A stretch of DNA of 64,000 bases from Squalus acanthias (Eukaryota), in NCBI GenBank assembly GCA_030390025.1, contig CM059427.1:186558001-186622000 (forward strand), read 5' to 3'. How positions within the stretch are numbered: position 1 is the first letter of the stretch; every line of letters starts with the position of its first letter. The notes below the pieces were generated by a model. That model searched no databases, had not been told where the DNA came from, and was given only the letters and a program-made list of their open reading frames with translations. A program made the position numbers and the translations under genes. Below, piece after piece: positions 59,920-64,000 of this stretch.

Positions 59920-61652
59920 ACAAATACTTTGGTTCTGTCTTCATGGAAGAGGACACAAATAACTTCCCCGAAATGCAAGGGAACCAAGGGTCTAATGAGA
60001 AGGAGGAATGAAAGGAAATTAGTATTTGTAAAAAAATAGTGCTGGAGAAATTAATGGAACTGAAAGCTGATAAATCCCCAGAGCCTGATAATCTGCATCC
60101 CAGAGTACTAAAAGAGGTAGCCATGGAAATAGTGGATGCATTGGTTGTCATCTTTCAAAATTCTATAGATTATGGAACAGTTCCAGCAGATTGGAGGGTA
60201 GCAAATGTAACCTCACTATTTAAAGAAGGAGGGAGAGAGAAAACAGGGAACTACAGACCGGTTAGCCGAATATCAGTATTAGGAAAAATGCTAGAGTCTA
60301 TTATAAAGGTTGTGATAACAGGACACTTAGAAAATATCAACGGGATTAGACAAAGTCAACATGGATTTATGAAAGGGAAATCGTGTTTGACAAACCTACT
60401 GGAGTTTTTTGAGGATGTAACTGGTAGAATAGATAAGGGAGAACCAGTGAATGTGGTGTATTTGGATTTTCAGAAGGTCTTTGATAAAGTCCCACATAAG
60501 GGGTTAGTGTGCAAAATTAAAGCACATGGGATTGGAGGTAATATACTGGCATGGATTGAAAATTGGTTAACAGACAGGAAACAGAGAGTAGGAATAAATG
60601 GATCTTTTTCGGGGTGGCAGGCGGTGACTAGTGGGGTACCGCAGGGATCAGTGCTTGGGCCCCAGCTATTCACAATATATATCAATGATTTGGATGAGGG
60701 AACCAAATGTAATATTTCCAAGTTTGCTGATGACACGAAACTAGGTGGGATTGTGAGTTGTGAGGCAGATGCAAGGAGGCTTCAAGGCGATTTAGAAAAG
60801 TTGAGTGAGTGGGCAAATACATGGCAGATGCAGTACAACGTGGATAAATGTGAAGTTATCCACTTCGGTAGGAAAAACAGAAAGGCAGAGTATTATTTAA
60901 ATGGTGATAGATTGTGAAATGCTGATGTACAAAGGGACCTGGGTGTCCTTGTACACCAGTCACTGAAAGCAAACATGCAGGTGCAGCAAGCAGTTTAGAA
61001 GGCAAATGGTATGTTGGCCTTCATTGCAAGAGGATTTGAGTACAGGAGCAAAGATGTCTTACTACAGTTATACAGGGCCTTGGTGAGACCACACCTGGAG
61101 TACTGTGTGCAGTTTTGGTCTCCTTACCTAAGAAAGGATATACTTGCCATAGAGGGAGTGCAGCGAAGGTTCACCAGACTGATTCCTAGGATGGCAGGAC
61201 TGTCGTATGAGGAGAGATTGGGTCGACTAGGCCTGTATTCACTAGAGTTTAGAAGAATCAGAGGGGATCTCATTGAAACGTATAAAATTCTGACAGGGCT
61301 AGACAGACTGGATGCAGGGAGGATGTTTCCCCTGGCTGTGGGGTCTAGAACGAGGGGTCACAGTCTCAGGATACGGGGTAGGACATCTAGGACTGAGATG
61401 AGGAGAAATTTCTTCACTCAGAGGGTGATGAACCTGTGGAATTCTCTACCACAGAAGGCTGTGGAGGCCAAGTCACTGAATATATATAAGAAGGAGATAG
61501 ATAGATTTCTAGACACAAAAGTCATCAAGGATATGGGGAGAGAGCGGGAATATGGTATTGAGATAGAGGACCAGCCATGATCATATTGAATGGTGGAGCA
61601 GGCTCGAAGGGCCAAATAGCCTACTCCTGCTCCTATTTTTCCATGTTTCTAT
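59920..61652 (+). mobile_element. 5'-truncated CR1 LINE nested antisense in the host CR1
   Basis: RT ORFs 60039-60917 and 61011-61580; ttctatg tail. Confidence 0.92.
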
Positions 61653-62731
61653 GTTCTATCTAAAAAGCTAGTTGGTTCGTCAACATACTGATCTAGAAAA
61701 CTGTCTTGCACACATTCCATGAATTCGTCCTCCACACTATTACTGCAAATTTTGTTTGCCCAGTCTATATGTAGATAAAAGTCCCCCATGATTACTGTAT
61801 TACCCTTGTTACATGTGCCTCTAATTTCCTGATTTATACTCTGCCCTACATTACAACTACTGTTTGGGGGCCTATAAATAAATCCCATTAATATTTTCTG
61901 CCCCTTGCTGTTTCTTAGCTCCACCCAAACTGATTCTACTCCTTGATTTTCGGAGCTAAGATCCTTTCACTTTACTGTCTTTATGCCATCCTTTATTATC
62001 AGAGCTACCCTGCCTCCTTTTCCATTTTGCCTATCTCTTCTAAAAGTTAAGTATCCTGGAATATTTAGTTCACAACCTTGGCCACTTTGCAACCACGACT
62101 CCATTATGGCTATTAGATCAAACATGTTAATTTCTATTTGCGCTATTAATTCATCTATTTTGTTGCAAATTCAGATATAGTGCCTTTAGCTTTCACTTAT
62201 TTCTATTTTTCCCTGATGTCAACTTAGTCACTGATGCCTTATTACCTTTGTTACTCTTTCTGTCCCTTCCTGACCTACTCTGCTTATTTTTACCCAAAAC
62301 TCTACTCTGCTCTAGAGTCTTAACATTTCTCTCGCTGCTTTTAAGTTTGCTCTTTCCTGAATCCACCAAGGAGCCCTAGTAAAACTGAATTCAATGGGGA
62401 TCAGAGGGAATACTCTCCAATATTTGGAGTCAAACCTGGGACAATGGAAAATGGTTGTGGTCATTGGAGGCCAATCATTCCAGCCTGAGGACATTGCTGC
62501 CCACCATTTTGGTAGCTTAGGACGCCATTTTGTGCCCTTAAAACAGGGCTGCATGCTGGAATGTTTTTGGACTATGCGCCCCAGACCCAGATAGGCTGCT
62601 TCCAACTCCAGGCTGCTGATTTGAATCATGTGCAATCTCATTTACAAAGAATTTCATTGTTTAATACAGAGTGCACCAAACTGAGAAAAAATAGCAAATA
62701 GCTCGCACAACTGACAAGCAAAATATATTCA

Positions 62732-62880
62732 AAAGCAAAATACTGCGGATGCTGGAAATCTGAAATAAAAACAGAAAATGTTGGAAATACTCAGCAGGTC
62801 AGGCAGCATCTGTGGAGAGAGAAACAGAGTTAATGCTTCAGGTCGATGACCCTTCGTCAGAACTGGAAAAAGTTGGAAAT
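62732..62880 (-). mobile_element. pLTR end of a second Penelope-like family with a mutated hammerhead (62828-62864)
   Basis: Reverse complement AGTT-CTGACGA-A-GGGTC/GACCT-GAAG(C)ATT-AACT; shorter fragment at 18225-18272. Confidence 0.55.
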
Positions 62881-63139
62881 ATATTGATGCACGGGTATGA
62901 TCGAACTAAGTTGACTCTGATTTGGCTCAGTGTTAGTGCTGAATACACCTTTCCTTTGGTAACTACTTCTTTTAACCCTAAATCTTGGACACCTGCAGCG
63001 TGGGTCCGTGCGGTCATTGCGTGGTTCAGGCGTCAGCTTTTGCGGAGCAGGCTCGAAGGGCCAAATGGCCCACTCCTGCTCCTATATCTTATGTTCTAAT
63101 CCTAACCTGTAGTTTATATTATTTTACATCAGGTTGTTT

Positions 63140-63970
63140 TTTTTAATGTGTTCATTCACGGGATGTAGGCGTCGCTGGCAAGGCCAGCATTTATTGCCCA
63201 TCCCTAAATGCCCTTGTGAAGGTGGTGCCCTGTAATATCCTTTCACTGGGGGGCTAAAAAGCCTTGTAAAGCTTTTTTTTTAAATGCACAGCAAAGATTT
63301 CTTTTAACGAAGTATTCTTGAGATATTGGCATCGCTGGTAAAGCTTGCATTTTTTGCCCATCACCAGTTGCCCTTGAGAAGGTGTGGGTGGGCCTTCTTC
63401 TTGAACCTCTGCAGTCCATGTGTGAAGGTACTCCCACAATTCTTTTAGGTCGGAAGTTCCAGGATTTTGACGCAGCGACAATGACGGAATGGCGATATAT
63501 GTCCAGTTAGGATGGTGTGTGACTTGGAGGGGAACTTGAAGGTGATGGTGTTCCCTTGCACCTGCTGTACTTGTCCTTGGTGATGGAGATCGCAGGTTTT
63601 GGAGGTGCTGCAGAAAATGCCTGGCGAGTTGTGCAGTGCGTCCTTTAGATAGGACACACTGCAGCTACGGTGTGCAAGTGGTGGAAGGCGGGAATGTTTA
63701 AGCTAGTGGATATGTTGCCAATCAAGCGGACCGCTTTGCCCTGGATAGTGTCGAGCTTCTTGCAAGTGGAGAGTATTCCATCACATTCCTGACTGGTGCC
63801 TTGTAGGTGGTGGAGAGGTTTTGGGGAGTCACTTGATACAGCAAACCCAGCATCTGACCTGCGCTAGTAGCCACGGCATTTATATGGCTGGTACAGTTGA
63901 GTTTCTGGTCAATGACGATCCCATGGAAGTAGCTGGTGGGGGATTTGGCGATGATAATGCCATTGAAAGC
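63140..63970 (-). mobile_element. Degenerate LINE 3' fragments
   Basis: Tail gggatgtaggcgtcgctggcaaggccagcatttattgccc shared with 39828-39940 and 16700-16800. Confidence 0.55.
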
Positions 63971-64000
63971 ATGTTATTGTACAGATATTAAAAATAAATG

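Larger units (their letters stand above)
51105..62370 (-). mobile_element. Long CR1 LINE split by four nested insertions
   Basis: Collinear pieces 51105-51320, 53250-53307, 54057-55109, 59299-59919, 61653-62370 (EN through RT). Confidence 0.88.

Overview
Vertebrate genomic DNA, almost certainly a cartilaginous fish (shark-type CR1/L2 LINEs, Deu-domain SINEs, Penelope elements). No prokaryotic features. The only host gene is a + strand multi-exon type I membrane receptor reconstructed by hand from splice sites: four Ig exons (V-like without Cys 2090-2434, C2-like 5064-5336, V 8127-8465, C2 with WxC 9921-10190), a TM exon (14620-14727) and five cytoplasmic exons (18478-27490). Four of these carry one tyrosine motif each (YSN, AEYATV, IHYGSI, VIYAQI). 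This is a CD4/LAG-3-like V-C2-V-C2 ectodomain joined to an ITIM/ITSM-type tail; its leader lies outside the window. The last two exons plus the 3'UTR are duplicated, intact, at 45212-45467. A candidate PU.1/RUNX promoter and leader exon with ACG in place of ATG (48994-49146) may start the next paralog. The rest is transposon-dense: a decayed ERV with a tRNA-Lys3-type PBS, a full-length two-gene PIF/Harbinger transposon and many MITEs, Penelope elements carrying minimal hammerhead ribozymes (including a 284-bp fold-back with two ribozymes), nested CR1/L2 LINEs, a ~1.2-kb CCAAT-box minisatellite and a G-rich hexamer array with an assembly gap.
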